Source of the DNA: Phoronis australis
Lineage: Eukaryota > Animalia > Phoronida
Length of the DNA: 64,000 nt
NCBI GenBank assembly: GCA_002633005.1
Contig: NMRA01000287.1
Span: forward strand, 264,238-328,237
Direction of reading: 5' to 3'
Below are positions 15,041-25,735 of this stretch, in pieces (within the stretch, counting starts at the first letter, position 1; the number at the start of each line of letters is the position of its first letter). Position numbers and translations under genes: made by a program. The notes under the pieces were generated by a model. The model was not told where the DNA came from. It saw only the letters and a program-made list of their open reading frames with translations, and did no database searches.

Positions 15041-15780
15041 TGTGCGCGCGCGCGCTTGAGTGCGTGTTTGTGTGTACCTTGCTAAAAACAATACGACTTG
15101 CGTAGTTGGATAACGTCTTCCTCCATTTCTCGTATTTTGTTAACGACAACACAAGGAATGCAAAAAGTATTTATCCAACAACTTAAGTAGAGAAGTCGTA
15201 TTGTTTTAATGAACTCTGCACTTGAGAGGCATTACTGCCGATTTATATTACATGCAAGTATATGTATTTGTATGTATTGTGTGTCGATCGGTAAAATATG
15301 TTATTATCTGCATTTCATGGTTGAGGGGTGCTCGTTTTCCTTGCAGATATATTGCTTTTAATTTTCAGTCTTGGCTGCGATTTTGCAACCGAGTGAATAT
15401 TCTGCTGCTTTCCGTAAGCCCAAGACACACTGGAAGAAAAACTGGTGTGATTAGGTGCGTTAGATGCCAGTGTAGTCCATGGTGAAATCTCGCGAACACT
15501 TGCGTGAGTTTGCGTTTTCACGTGTTTTGTTCCTAGTTACTGTTCACGGACATTTCTCTTGTTTTAGTTCACTGGCAATACCAATCCTACTGACGTTGTC
15601 TACCAGACTTTCGACATGCCACAGGTGGCTCGCTATGTCCGTTTGCAGCCGATTGCCTACAATTATCACAAGTCCATGAGAATCGAAATATTTGGATTTG
15701 ACACTTTCAGTGAGTGTTGTCAGCAGCAACTTTTTTATTGGAGTACCTTCGTCATACTTTATTCTTGGATAATAATAATA

Positions 15781-15811
<31 letters not shown>

Positions 15812-18800
15812 CGATGATAATAATATCTTGCTAACTAATTAGGTATCTTCCTCAACCGTGAATACTTTCATGGTCGCACATTTGTAATAGATTCACCGTG
15901 ATGATGATAACGTGTTCCGACAGGGCTCTGTTTCATTAAAAGTGTCTTAAGTACTTTCAAGCCGTCTTGTATGCGCTGTGAAACTTCCAATGAAATATAC
16001 TCTGTCATATAATTAGATTTCAATGTGCACTGCAATCGTTTTTTTCATTGCATTGGCTTAATTTTTCTAATTTAACCGAGTTAACTCTTATATTATCACA
16101 TGTTTAAAACAGTCTAGAGAAACAGTTATTATGTGCATATCCAATTGGCTGGGGGTGAAACAACTTCCTAACGCACCAAGTACCACATCAGCAACTTAGT
16201 AGTGTGTAACAGGTTTAGAGGTTATACCTTTGTTTTCGTTGTTATGTTAATGTTTGCACTCGATTAATGAAGACTTTTCTGAGAAGTCCTCGAGTGATTC
16301 TTTAAGGCTACGATACAGTAATTGAATTTTTGTGCCACAGAACTGCCGCTTTTAGAGGGAAAAGTGAATTTCACCGGAAGTTCAGCCATTGAGGTGGGTT
16401 ACGACTTGCCATTCCAGGCTCACGATTATTCACTGTCAATGATCTTCCGAACAACGTCAGAGCGCACAGTGTTCCTGTCTAGACAAACCACAGGTAAGTA
16501 AAATGTGTGACCATTTGTATGTGGACAAAAAGTCTCATTTATGTATAGAATTTTGGCCATTGTTATCATTCACACGTATATTTTGTAACGGGTGTCATTT
16601 ACATCGCGACAATGTCCGTCGATGTGCCCAGTTTGAACAAAGAAAGTCATTCATTTTTCTTAGCAATGGGTATTATAATGTAAAGACTTATCGCATTTTT
16701 ATTACATTCAATGTTTTGCAATAGCTGGAGGTTCGTGGACACAGCAGGCCAAGCAGTTCGGACTTAAAAACGGCAAGTTATACCATGACGCCTATGGGGT
16801 GGGAACGGTTGGTAAGTGCTATATATGTATTGTTAGTGTTTGTTCAATGTGCTAACAATAAGTGAATTTATGGCCTTCATATTTCTAGTCGAATAGCGAA
16901 CATTATGACCTCTTATGTATTCGTGGTTTCAATTTTGTTGAGATAATTTGCACATAATATAGCACAACGTCATAAACAGAACAACGAGAATGATGGGAAT
17001 GAGCAGACTGGAGAGACAATGTTTCTTGAATGTTCCCGCTGGTGTTTTTTCCGTTTAGACAATGGCCGTGGCATAGAAACAAACACTGTTCAAATGCTTG
17101 CCTGTGCATTCTACGAATGTGACATATTGAAATAATACTTCACTTGCCAGAAACCTCAGTAAGTTCTATTTTCACGACCTTTCAGAGGGCCAGACTCCTG
17201 TCGCTGATGGATTTGAGCACCATGCAGTTTTTACATTCGAGGCTGCCAGTAACAAGTAATGATAAGTACAACTTGGAGATATCTGACCTTTGATGGAATT
17301 TCATCAACACATAACTGTGATAAATGTTAGCTTACCTCGGTGCTCCGTCAAGAATACGGCTAATACTTACCATCGCTGTCACGTTCAAACCTACCGAATG
17401 CATTTTCCTCATTACTTGTTCAGTTTTGCTGATTTTGGAAACGGAACCACTCCATAATCAAATTTAATTATCTACACAATGCGCTGTGACATTGTTTAAT
17501 CCTTTTGTTTCGATACTCATAGTCAATGATAGTGGTACTTGCCTTGTACATGAATATGCTCGGGAAAATCTCTAAATGTGTTAGCAAACGGATAGCAACA
17601 TCGGGTTTGTAGCAGGCGTTCCATCGGGAAAATCTTGTTCTCCCTGAAGATGGCGATACTGACGCTTCATTCGTTTCTTTTGAGAGACTAAACATGGCGA
17701 CGGTGACCCTTTATTCGGGCATAGGGACCGAGAAAGTGCAAAGAACCCAAGATCAAACACCTCCGAATAATCGGTTATATTTGTTTGTAAGTTACACGAC
17801 CACTCGATGCTTCCTTCCTCTAAATTTTCGCCTCTTGTTAGTTTAGAAGTTGGTCGGCATTGAGCCGTATCGGGAGTTGTCGTACTAGTTTTAACTATGC
17901 ATGTTTTATTGATAATCGTCAAGTTCAATGAATTTGAACCAAACTGGTGTTTCAGGTTTACATTTTACTTGGATGGAGAACTTGAACAAAATAGCCAATC
18001 AAATCCAGCGCCTAGCATGAGTGGCGACAGTACAGCCCATAAGGTGTACTTAGGTAAGACCTTGAGATAAAACATGGCGACCTGGTTGAACATGTGCCTG
18101 TGTAAACCGTGCAAGCGAGGACATAACCTGTTCAGAGAGAGCAATGGGCCGCGGTATTGGTTAGCTTTAAAGTTGGCAGAAATTATTGATTACACTATGT
18201 CAGCTGATGTATTGATTCAACTTCCAAATACTAGACATGACCAATAGTAGATCGAACTTTTTCTTCTAAAGGTGAACGATATCGAGTTTTGTCTTGGTCT
18301 GTTCACTGAACAATATCATACAACGCGTCAAATGCAAAATGAGAATCCAAATAAGTTACCATTGGTGAAAACAAGTACTGTACATGTATTGTACAGGAAT
18401 GCCAAGATAAACGATCCAGACTCCAGCATTGTGACAAACACATGAGGGTCCCTTAAATAAGCGCAGGGCGCGCGTTAGAATCAGTCATTACAAAAGGTAA
18501 AACTTCTGCAGAAAATAGGAGGAGTGCACTGTCAATAGATGCTCCCTGGATTCACGAATGAAACATCGTTAATAATTGTGTGTTCATTGGTAAATATACG
18601 ATGTTCATACATGTATTTCCCATCACTCTTTTTTCAGAATACAAAGAAAGGAAACTGAATATAGAATTCAGTGGATACTCTAGAATCCTAATGCACTGAT
18701 ACGTTAGATACATGTACATGTATGAAGTGCTCCCTTGTCTGCCTTTTTCAGACTGCAATACGTAAATAGTTGTAACTCTTTACAGGCAATGTTGGAAGTC

Positions 18801-21800
18801 TGTACATGATGGGTGAAATCCGGCAGGTGGTGTATTTCGACTATGTTTTGAGCCCGGTGCAGGCTAAAAAGGAATGGAACAAAGGTATATCCTGACCTGT
18901 TTCTGATAGTGATCAACACTAAATTTGTACAAATGATTTGTTTCTGATAGTGATCAACACTGAATTTGTACAAAGGATTCTTTAAGTTAAAGTCTACGTT
19001 TGAAAGCATATCCACCAAACTTACATAGAAGCATTCACCTGAAAATTTACCGTCGCGTGAAATTGGAATGTTTCTCAAAATATGACACGCAATTCCCCAG
19101 TTATCGAATCGAACATCGAGTAAAATTTAGTGGTCACCAGTGCGGGTATTTGTATGTATAACCAGTCACTTTTTACACGTTATGCATGTATCACAACATT
19201 TTTAACACCACTGTCATTTTTGCAGATTCAGGGTTTCTCTTTACGCATGTGCAAACTTCGCTAAAACCAAGCAAGTCACATGTTTTCTAGCAGTGGACAC
19301 TGAAAAATGAGCCCAGGATGGGTGGCATGTGGTTATCACGTGACTTTTGGCAAGTCGCATGAATTGTTAAATGCATAACGATTGATCGCATCACAGAAGG
19401 ACGCGCATATGCATGTAACTTTTATCACCGAGTAGAAATTTGAGGCCACGAAGAGTTCTGAAAGTGATCGGACTGCATTTAGTGATGATTCAACAAAACG
19501 GCATTAGAACAGCAATCATTGATATGGTTTTGAAAGTTATTGAACGAAATTGTATGCGGGCCATGGTGAATATCTGACTATACTTTGGACGGTGGATACA
19601 CTCCAAGTTTTGTTTCAGAAAAATCACCCTTTGGTAGTCGTTCACTAAATCTAAACCTTTCAAATAAATCCCAGCACCGTTCAATTAGAGGTATTATGTT
19701 ACCAAAATGAATGTTATGGTCAACCAAATTTTTCAATAATTTCGAGCAGACTTACCAATAACATCTTTTAGCTAGTAGCTCCTCAGGTCGTGGGCCAAAC
19801 AGAAACATATGGTCGTGGGCCACACGAAACCACTACGTGGGTTGCAAGCGGTCCCTGTGCTGTAGGTTGCCGCTAGGATCAACTGTAGCTGAGCTGCATT
19901 TCGGTTTTTCTATGGCAGTTATTCCTATGTTTGGCAGCTACCCAAAAGGTGGCAGCACAGGCACTGGACATGCCAAGCTTTGTGATTGCTGACAGTTAAT
20001 TTATTACAAAATGAAAGTTTTGCTTAACTTGTACAAGGGAACATAATAAAGTCAGGTTCCAATTGGGCAAAAAATGACTGTCGAGGGCACTTGGGGGTAA
20101 TGCAGATGATAGTGATTGATTTTAACTAATTTTGGAGTGCTGAATCTAAAAAAATGTATGCCGGGCTGGATTTTGCCTGCATAACCCTCAAATCCAAAAT
20201 GGCCGCCATCGGAAATTGGAGAGTCCCTGTAAATGCCTTTTAAAATGAGTATGATACATTAAACTTCAGGTTTTCAGGTATTATAACATTTTGGTGCACC
20301 AAGGGCTGTTCCAGCGTGTGCTGTGGTTGTCAACAAGTTGGACTCCGGTGCACTAAAGCGTGCAAGTGTATGGGCTATCAGACACATTGCCATAATGTCA
20401 GTGATTGAGAAATGATTGAGTTGTTGATTACGATAACACTCGTGGCTCATGATGCCTGTGAAATATCATTACCCTGTAAGTATATCTCATTATAACGGTA
20501 ATGAATCAAGAAGAGCTCGACCTTGGCACAATCGTTTAAGGAGCAAGATTGCTCCATGAGGAACCACATTATTTGTCACGCTTTCTTTAACATGTATTGT
20601 TCTAAGAAAAGTTTTTAAGGAAAATATTCTGTTTGGCTTACTGTAAGTCTTATATAAAACATGTTATTGTAGCACACGAGGTTTGTGTAGCAATAATAAA
20701 AATGAAACTGCACTAGAAGTGGCTTGTTTGCTGGTAACCCATTGCAACTGACATTTTCGTGTGTTCAAAACATCACACATATGCAAAATTCAACCTTTGA
20801 GCATAATCTTGACACCCAATCACTTAAATGGTGCTATAAATGAGCTTCCATTCATGAGACATATCACTCAAGAGATAAGAATACTTCCTCAGGCATTAAA
20901 ATTCCACGATGGCGGCTAGCGGCCATCTTAGATTTATCAATGACGTAAGAACAATTCAATTTGCCGTACAATGTTATGTCTGAAACACTCCAAAACTAGT
21001 CTGAATTTATGTGTGAAAATCCACTGAAATATTTGAGCACACTGTATTTCCAATGGAAGATGTGCGGCATAATGTGACCATGACCTTTTCGCGTGACCTT
21101 GATCTCCAATCCCAAAAATAGTATCAGAATCGATTTTATAATACCTAAAAATGTTGTATCATCCTCAATTTAAAAGGCATTTATTAGGACTTGCCAGTTT
21201 CAATATGGCCGATAGCGGCCATCTTGGATTTGAGGGTTATGCCGGCAAAATCCAGCCCGGCATACAATTTTTTGTATTCAGCACCTCAAAATTAGTTAAA
21301 ATCAATCGTCGGATCTGCATTAGCCCCAATGGCATCAACACCATTTTCAGAGGCCTTTTTGAAAATTGGAACCTGACCAATATACATGAGACTCTGCTTT
21401 CTCACAATTCAAAAATGCCAGTTTTCTTAAAAGTGCAATGTATCATATGACCACTTATATTGCAGAATGGAGTACCTATCAAACGCTGCCCCAGATTTCA
21501 GGAGGAAGCTACACCCCAGCAACTTTCAGAACTAAAAGTGGCGTCCGATACATGGCTGTCACTGATAACATTGGGAAGCCGTCACCATCCATTTTCAAGT
21601 GGAATCACACAGCCATGCAGTACGACTACTTAGAAACTCTACCCAGCCATGCCAGTGGATATTCAGCATTTTTTGAAGCTAGCAACCAGATATATTATGT
21701 GACGCCTCAGTTTAACAGTTCGTCAGTAGTTTATAAACTTGGAAGTGATGGTCGTTTCTATGAGCATGTGCAACTGAATGAAACCGAGTGCACAATGTGG

Positions 21801-21920
21801 CGGTCGTTCCACCGTCATGGCTATCTGTATCTCGCTCAGTTGAATAGTCGCACTAGCGGTTATGGTGATAGTGATGTACGTACGCGCGAGGGAACTTTAA
21901 ATCTGTACAAGTGGACCTAA
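187..21920 (+). CDS. Gene A (5'-partial, 16 exons): probably extracellular multidomain protein, EAR/EPTP-like repeat - 3x F5/8 type C (discoidin) - LamG/ConA-like - ~3 EAR/EPTP-like repeats
   Basis: Exons 187-331, 573-805, 5380-5475, 7999-8152, 9154-9362, 9967-10074, 10858-10999, 11313-11521, 12554-12661, 15568-15709, 16341-16493, 16725-16811, 17186-17255, 17956-18053, 18786-18884, 21466-21920. All have AG acceptors and GT (one GC) donors, the intron phases are compatible and the joined ORF stays open to TAA at 21918-21920. Confidence 0.88.
573..805 (+). CDS. Gene A exon: F5/8C domain 1, part A
   Basis: PLGLES..ASS..ARLN..AW..EWLQVDL..VTKVASQ motif; ttttag acceptor, CAG|gtac donor. Confidence 0.92.
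852..5336 (-). mobile_element. Degenerate Ty3/Gypsy (Mag-like) LTR retrotransposon in intron of gene A
   Basis: Frameshifted gag (DGNVAE..RVFERDF; CxxC), protease (DTRVKCNVM), RT (DAFYSIQLDEES..TTFGTPYGRY), RNase H (LTCDASRSG) and integrase (PWSIVATDIFEW..VDYYSGW..FARFGVP); similar LTR-like segments at 852-983 and ~5200-5336, with a purine tract next to 983 on the minus strand. Confidence 0.9.
5380..5475 (+). CDS. Gene A exon: F5/8C domain 1, part B
   Basis: GRSDAAQWVISYKLKFSTDG; ccag acceptor, AAG|gtaat donor; 96 nt. Confidence 0.92.
5643..7907 (-). mobile_element. Internally deleted Kolobok DNA transposon, copy 1 (THAP remnant on -, KolX/P2X7-C-terminal-like remnant on +)
   Basis: TIRs AGTAGAATGCCACC / GGTGGCATTCTCCT, flanked by TTAA and TCAA; THAP-like ISFFRL..LQKWLVVVK; YQFEPEY..SWYQCANCTIM at 6873-7300, arranged tail-to-tail. 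Confidence 0.8.
6294..6451. mobile_element. MITE (CAG...CTG ends, 5-bp TSD GAAAC) nested in Kolobok copy 1
   Basis: GAAAC at 6289-6293 and 6452-6456; the empty site is visible in Kolobok copy 2 (~13850-13870). Confidence 0.75.
7999..8152 (+). CDS. Gene A exon: F5/8C domain 1, part C
   Basis: IFGGNADQTTIVSHQLEAEITARYIRF..YPAMRAEVYGY; ttag acceptor, G|gtaag donor. Confidence 0.92.
9154..9362 (+). CDS. Gene A exon: F5/8C domain 2, part A
   Basis: ALGVED..DYVQVDLGRLYYVTKTATQ; ttcag acceptor, CAG|gtgag donor. Confidence 0.92.
9967..10074 (+). CDS. Gene A exon: F5/8C domain 2, part B
   Basis: GRQQGGQWVTQLKIFISTDG; tacag acceptor, ACG|gtaag donor; 108 nt. Confidence 0.92.
10858..10999 (+). CDS. 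Gene A exon: F5/8C domain 2, part C
   Basis: FTGNSDKDSVVYQVF..ARHVRMQP..KSFRIEVYGY; G|gtaagt donor; acceptor is pyrimidine-poor. Confidence 0.88.
11313..11521 (+). CDS. Gene A exon: F5/8C domain 3, part A (GC donor)
   Basis: AFGIRTGVIP..SWCA..ITIDLGKVRVVTRTALQ; ends CAG|GCAAGT at the same position as its paralogous exons. Confidence 0.88.
12554..12661 (+). CDS. Gene A exon: F5/8C domain 3, part B
   Basis: GRVSHNQYVLTLKILLSQDG; gcag acceptor, ACG|gtaag donor; 108 nt. Confidence 0.9.
12947..14528 (+). mobile_element. Internally deleted Kolobok DNA transposon, copy 2 (inverted relative to copy 1)
   Basis: TTAA|AGGAGAATGCCACC...GGCGGCATTCTCCT|TTAA; THAP remnant 13117-13300 (VPTC..ISFFRLP..RKWLAVVK..LRVC); aligns to 5643-7907 as reverse complement. 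Confidence 0.85.
15003..15054. repeat. (TG)n/(CG)n microsatellite
   Basis: Direct inspection. Confidence 0.9.
15568..15709 (+). CDS. Gene A exon: F5/8C domain 3, part C
   Basis: FTGNTNPTDVVYQTF..VARYVRLQP..SMRIEIFGF; ttttag acceptor, A|gtgagt donor. Confidence 0.92.
15768..15825. repeat. (ATA)n/(ATG)n microsatellite
   Basis: Direct inspection. Confidence 0.9.
16341..16493 (+). CDS. Gene A exon: LamG-like domain part 1
   Basis: FTGSSAIEV..DYSLSMIFRTTS..VFLS; cacag acceptor, G|gtaagt donor; phase 1-1. Confidence 0.82.
16725..16811 (+). CDS. Gene A exon: LamG-like domain part 2
   Basis: GGSWTQQAKQFGLKNGKLYHD; atag acceptor, G|gtaagt donor; 87 nt. Confidence 0.8.
17186..17255 (+). CDS. Gene A exon: LamG-like domain part 3
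   Basis: PVADGFEHHAVFTF resembles the LamG V.DG.WHH motif; phase 1-2. Confidence 0.82.
17956..18053 (+). CDS. Gene A exon: LamG-like domain part 4
   Basis: FTFYLDGELE...KVYL(G); ttcag acceptor, G|gtaag donor; phase 2-1. Confidence 0.82.
18786..18884 (+). CDS. Gene A exon: LamG-like domain part 5
   Basis: GNVGSLYMMGEIRQVVYFDYVLSP resembles the LamG_3 C-terminal G.I..V..Y...LS pattern; phase 1-1. Confidence 0.8.
18898..18979. repeat. 41-bp tandem duplication
   Basis: TGTTTCTGATAGTGATCAACACT.AATTTGTACAAA.GATT occurs twice. Confidence 0.85.
20051..21377. mobile_element. Non-autonomous DNA transposon with ~210-bp imperfect TIRs (possibly Academ-derived)
   Basis: GTCAGGTTCCAATT...AATTGGAACCTGAC; 20051-20260 is the reverse complement of ~21150-21377. 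Confidence 0.8.
21466..21920 (+). CDS. Gene A terminal exon: ~3 EAR/EPTP-like repeats
   Basis: Repeats YQTLP..F..YMAV..SIFKWN / YLETLPS..FF..YYV..SVVYKL / FYEHVQL..SF..YLYLAQ..LYKW; phase-1 tgcag acceptor. Confidence 0.8.
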
Positions 21921-21983
21921 TAAGTGATATTTCTTTTGAAAAAGATACCTATAAAAACGACTCTCTCATCCAGTTTCTGAAGC

Positions 21984-21989
21984 AATAAA
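21984..21989 (+). terminator. Candidate polyadenylation signal of gene A
   Basis: AATAAA about 64 nt after the stop codon. Confidence 0.6.
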
Positions 21990-22391
21990 TGTTCTGTAAC
22001 CCTTGACAACCCTCAAAAGCTCGGAGGTATTAGAACACTCCTTTCAAATTCTGCTGAACGAAAAAGTATGACCTACGTTTTTACCAATTATAGAGAAACT
22101 GGGAAAAGACCACCCACCAAGGACCACAACCGCCAAGTTGATACATGTGGGGGGGGGGTTTGAGTTTTTATTTAATTATTTCCTTATACTTGCAGAATTG
22201 ACGCCATTGGTTCATTAATGCAGATGTCAGAACGAAGATTACTTGATACCAACAAAGGACTTCTTTTATGTTCATTAAAGGTATCTAATGATAGTAGAGC
22301 ACTTAATTTAAACAATCGTTTGTTTGATGACTCGACCATAAATTTTTGACCGAAATATTTATTTGGTATTTCATTTTAAGAAGGAGATGTG

Positions 22392-22555
22392 TCACAAAAT
22401 GATTGCTTTCGTATAATTGACCAGGTTTAAACAAGTGCCCTTTTTCAAAAATCTTAGTGTAATCAAGGTGGTGACATATGAAACAGAAGCCCCAAGGGCA
22501 ATAGAAATCAGAACAGAGTTATGTTTTACCCTACTGGCTGGAAGTTGACTTGAAT
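22392..22555 (-). CDS. Candidate terminal exon of Ig gene B (hydrophobic TM/GPI-like segment)
   Basis: gcAG|AT phase-1 start, DSSQLPASRVKHNSVLISIALGASVSYVTTLITLRFLKK..stop; AATAAA on - strand at ~22358-22363; acceptor is weak. Confidence 0.35.
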
Positions 22556-22749
22556 CTGCATTTTTGGAAGGGTGGTGCGTTTTAAAGGATAAGCCCGAGG
22601 GCACACTGCTGCTATGTACTTGCGCCTTTTTATTTTATTGTTTTGCGCTAGTGGCGCAAAAGCGCAGTCCAGGAATATCCGTGAGTTCTAAGTACAGTGT
22701 ACTGTTCAAATTTTCAAAGCGGATTTCAACTAAACATTCAGAAAAGCAT

Positions 22750-24350
22750 TAAACAGAATGTCGTTTCGCAAATGGTTGGTATTTTGCGATTCGATCACCA
22801 TGTATCCGGCCGTCTTCACGTATTGCAGCCTTCTTGGACAAACGCGCCGGGTTCATGATAGGCCCTTGGACTACATTTTTCCGGGTAAACGGGATTTGAG
22901 CTCATTTGATCTTTGTATTGTCAGTCCAGCACTCTAAGCACTGGTTCATCTATTATCTTCGAAGGGAAATTGTTGTGCTTGTATGTTCCGTGTTACTGTA
23001 CCTGAGGAGAGGTAGTCACGTGTCGCTTGGTTAGTCGCTAGGCTGACTGAAGACACTGCCATGTATCGTCACGTGCACAGCTTGCTTGAGCTTAGTCTAG
23101 CCTATTAACTGTCATTACTTGTGACGACCAGGATCATTGGGAATATGCTGGTGCATTAATCCCTCCCCACAAGCAATTCCCGTAGCAGAAGAAGGCGTAG
23201 AACTCCAAGGCTGATGTCCGTTCGACGACACACAGATAAGGTTCTTGTTGCGACTTTTAGCACCACGGCCATATATGAGATCAACCTTGGGTAGTCGGAT
23301 ACCATCGTTGAATTCAACCAGTTGGGGAAAGGTCTGCCCTAAAATGCGTCTACGAGCAAGCAGCTCAACACCAGACGACTATAGGCAGAGGGTTGGTTAG
23401 TGGTGCATGAACCAGCAACGTAATGTGCACGCTCATGAACCAAGACACCGGCGTGGCCAGGTACGAATGAGATCACAGTATGATGAGGGGAGTTTCTTCA
23501 AAAGATATCCCAGTTAAATGGGAAATTTTCAGTCTACATCACTGTCGAGTATTCGGATATTATCCCAGCGCATGATTTGTTGCTTTGACCACATATGCTC
23601 TGCTACTCCGATATTTCGTGTGTTTCAATAATATAGCCTTCCAGTAGTATTAGAATTTCATCGATGTGCGATTCACCGCAATCACAAGGGATTTGATGGA
23701 TGACGTTCTTCTTTCTCCCATGCATGTCTTTGTAATTATTGTGGTCAGTCGTTGACCCAGGGTGTCTGAGCTACAGTACACCGTTATTATAGTCCTGGCG
23801 CATGCATCATGTTTTCAGAGATTCCAGGTATTTATGGACTTTCATTCTGTAAGATCCTTCATGATGTTGTTGGGGATTTGATAAATTCCTCTGGTTAACC
23901 ATCCATTTTGAATTTTGCACCTGCTTGTTAATTGGCCTCTAACTGTGATCACCAGCACATCAATGGACGGCAGGCTGTAGTTAGTCTCCACTTCCATAGC
24001 GCTGTGCTGTTTCGGTGTTAAAGGGATCGCTTGTAGAACTCGCGGTCTGCTGCAATAGTATATTTTGAACATGGTTGGCCTCTGGGAAGTTGGTGTAGTT
24101 TATGATATGGGAGACGTGGCCAAGGAAGATATTCCACGGTTTAAAACCACCAAGAATGTGACTTTATGGACTTGAAAATTGTATATTTGATCACCGGAAG
24201 TGTCAGTTCAGTGAGCACCCTCTGACACAACGTCAGCTGTACTGAAAAGTGGCTCTGTGGAAACATGATGAACGACATAGACTATTCCGTAAGTGGGCAT
24301 CAAAGCGTATGCCTTGCTAGGAAGTATACCGATCACATCGCCACTTGCAC
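22750..24350 (-). mobile_element. Highly degraded DIRS-like retrotransposon remnant (tentative)
   Basis: Fragmentary motifs FPFNW.. and LI..WP..WF (DIRS MT-like), plus an RNase H-like SHSWW..W...HI segment. Confidence 0.35.
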
Positions 24351-24889
24351 ACACCATTATGCACCGTAATCAGTGACTTAACCCAAACAAGGCTTGTATG
24401 GGGTCAAGTCACTGGATAAGGGTTCCTTTGATTTTGTTTATTTCGTCGACTTTCAATTTCTATAAATTGCAACTATTCAAGTGAAAGGTGGTCGCCATAC
24501 TACGAAACAGTAAACTGAAAAGTGTTTCCCAGATTTCAACCAATGGGAATGAATGATTGTTATGACGTCAGATTCATTACTTTAACCAAAGAGAAACCAT
24601 GTTAAACAACATTATGCCTTTCGTAACGCTGTGAAAGAATGCATTTAGTAAGTTGAAGCAATACCAGGGCCAGGCCTATAAACACTAAATGTATTTCCTG
24701 TCGGCTAAATCCATTGCCATCACGGTAAGTAATATTAAGGGACGAATGGAAAACGTAAAAATACGGGTAAAAATTGCCGTCAATCGCAGAGGAGCCGTTA
24801 TACTCGTGTCAGCGGGGAAAGAGGTACACAAGCAGAGATCATTAGGAAGCTCATAACCCTATTGAGACTGAGCCAGCGTGAGGTACACA

Positions 24890-25520
24890 CAAGTGAGTTG
24901 CTAATTCAACACAGGTTTTTCGTGACTCATCAATAACGATTCCGAAATCTTTAGTCGGAATGAGGCATTTCTTAACATAGCGAATGATGGGTATTGTCTG
25001 CTGTTTCTTTTCTAGTTATTTTCCGGCCATGTTAGTATATAAAAGTATCTGTAGTGGATCGACTCTGCAAGTGCATAGACAACCGTCGCGAGAGAGAACA
25101 CATCGTGTTTCCAATACTAAAGCTGTTCACAAGAATGAGGGACGAAGACATTCGCCCATATGACAAGTGAATTGGTAAACAACATTATAATTGGCCAGCG
25201 GTCTTAGTCTTCCACAGCTGGGGTTGTTTTCATGACGTGACCTTACATTCTGATATATAAATAACTACGTTCAATATATCACCAGAGATGACCACTTTAA
25301 CGTTATCCCTTACAATCTTCTTAAGCACACGTTCGTCACTCAGATTACAATTAGACATGCAGTTCTTCTACTACACGTTCGTAGTGGTTTTAGTTCTAGG
25401 TTCAGTGTCAACACTAGAGTCAATCCTTGATATAAAAGACCTAACATGGTCATCACCCCAAACATTTATTTTGTATACTAGACCTTGTTTGATGCGTTGA
25501 ATATCAACGTTGAATGCCGG
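24890..25520 (-). mobile_element. Penelope-like element remnant (GIY-YIG endonuclease region)
   Basis: DERVLKKIVRDNV..NVVYQFTC..IGNTMCSLSRRLSMHLQS..ISESLLMSHEKPVLN. Confidence 0.7.
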
Positions 25521-25735
25521 TCAATCAGATGATATCTTACGCGCCATCTTGAGGTAACTTGTCAAAACTGCTAGGTTGTAGCGTTCAGGGCATTCACTTT
25601 TATCGTGCAAAATGGCACCGATATCTGCACGTTTATGATTAACTGAAACTAATACTACGGATCAGGCGTCAAATCCAATAATGCAGCCGAGAAAATCTGT
25701 AGGTCTACCGTAACTTGAACACTTTTTGATAGATT

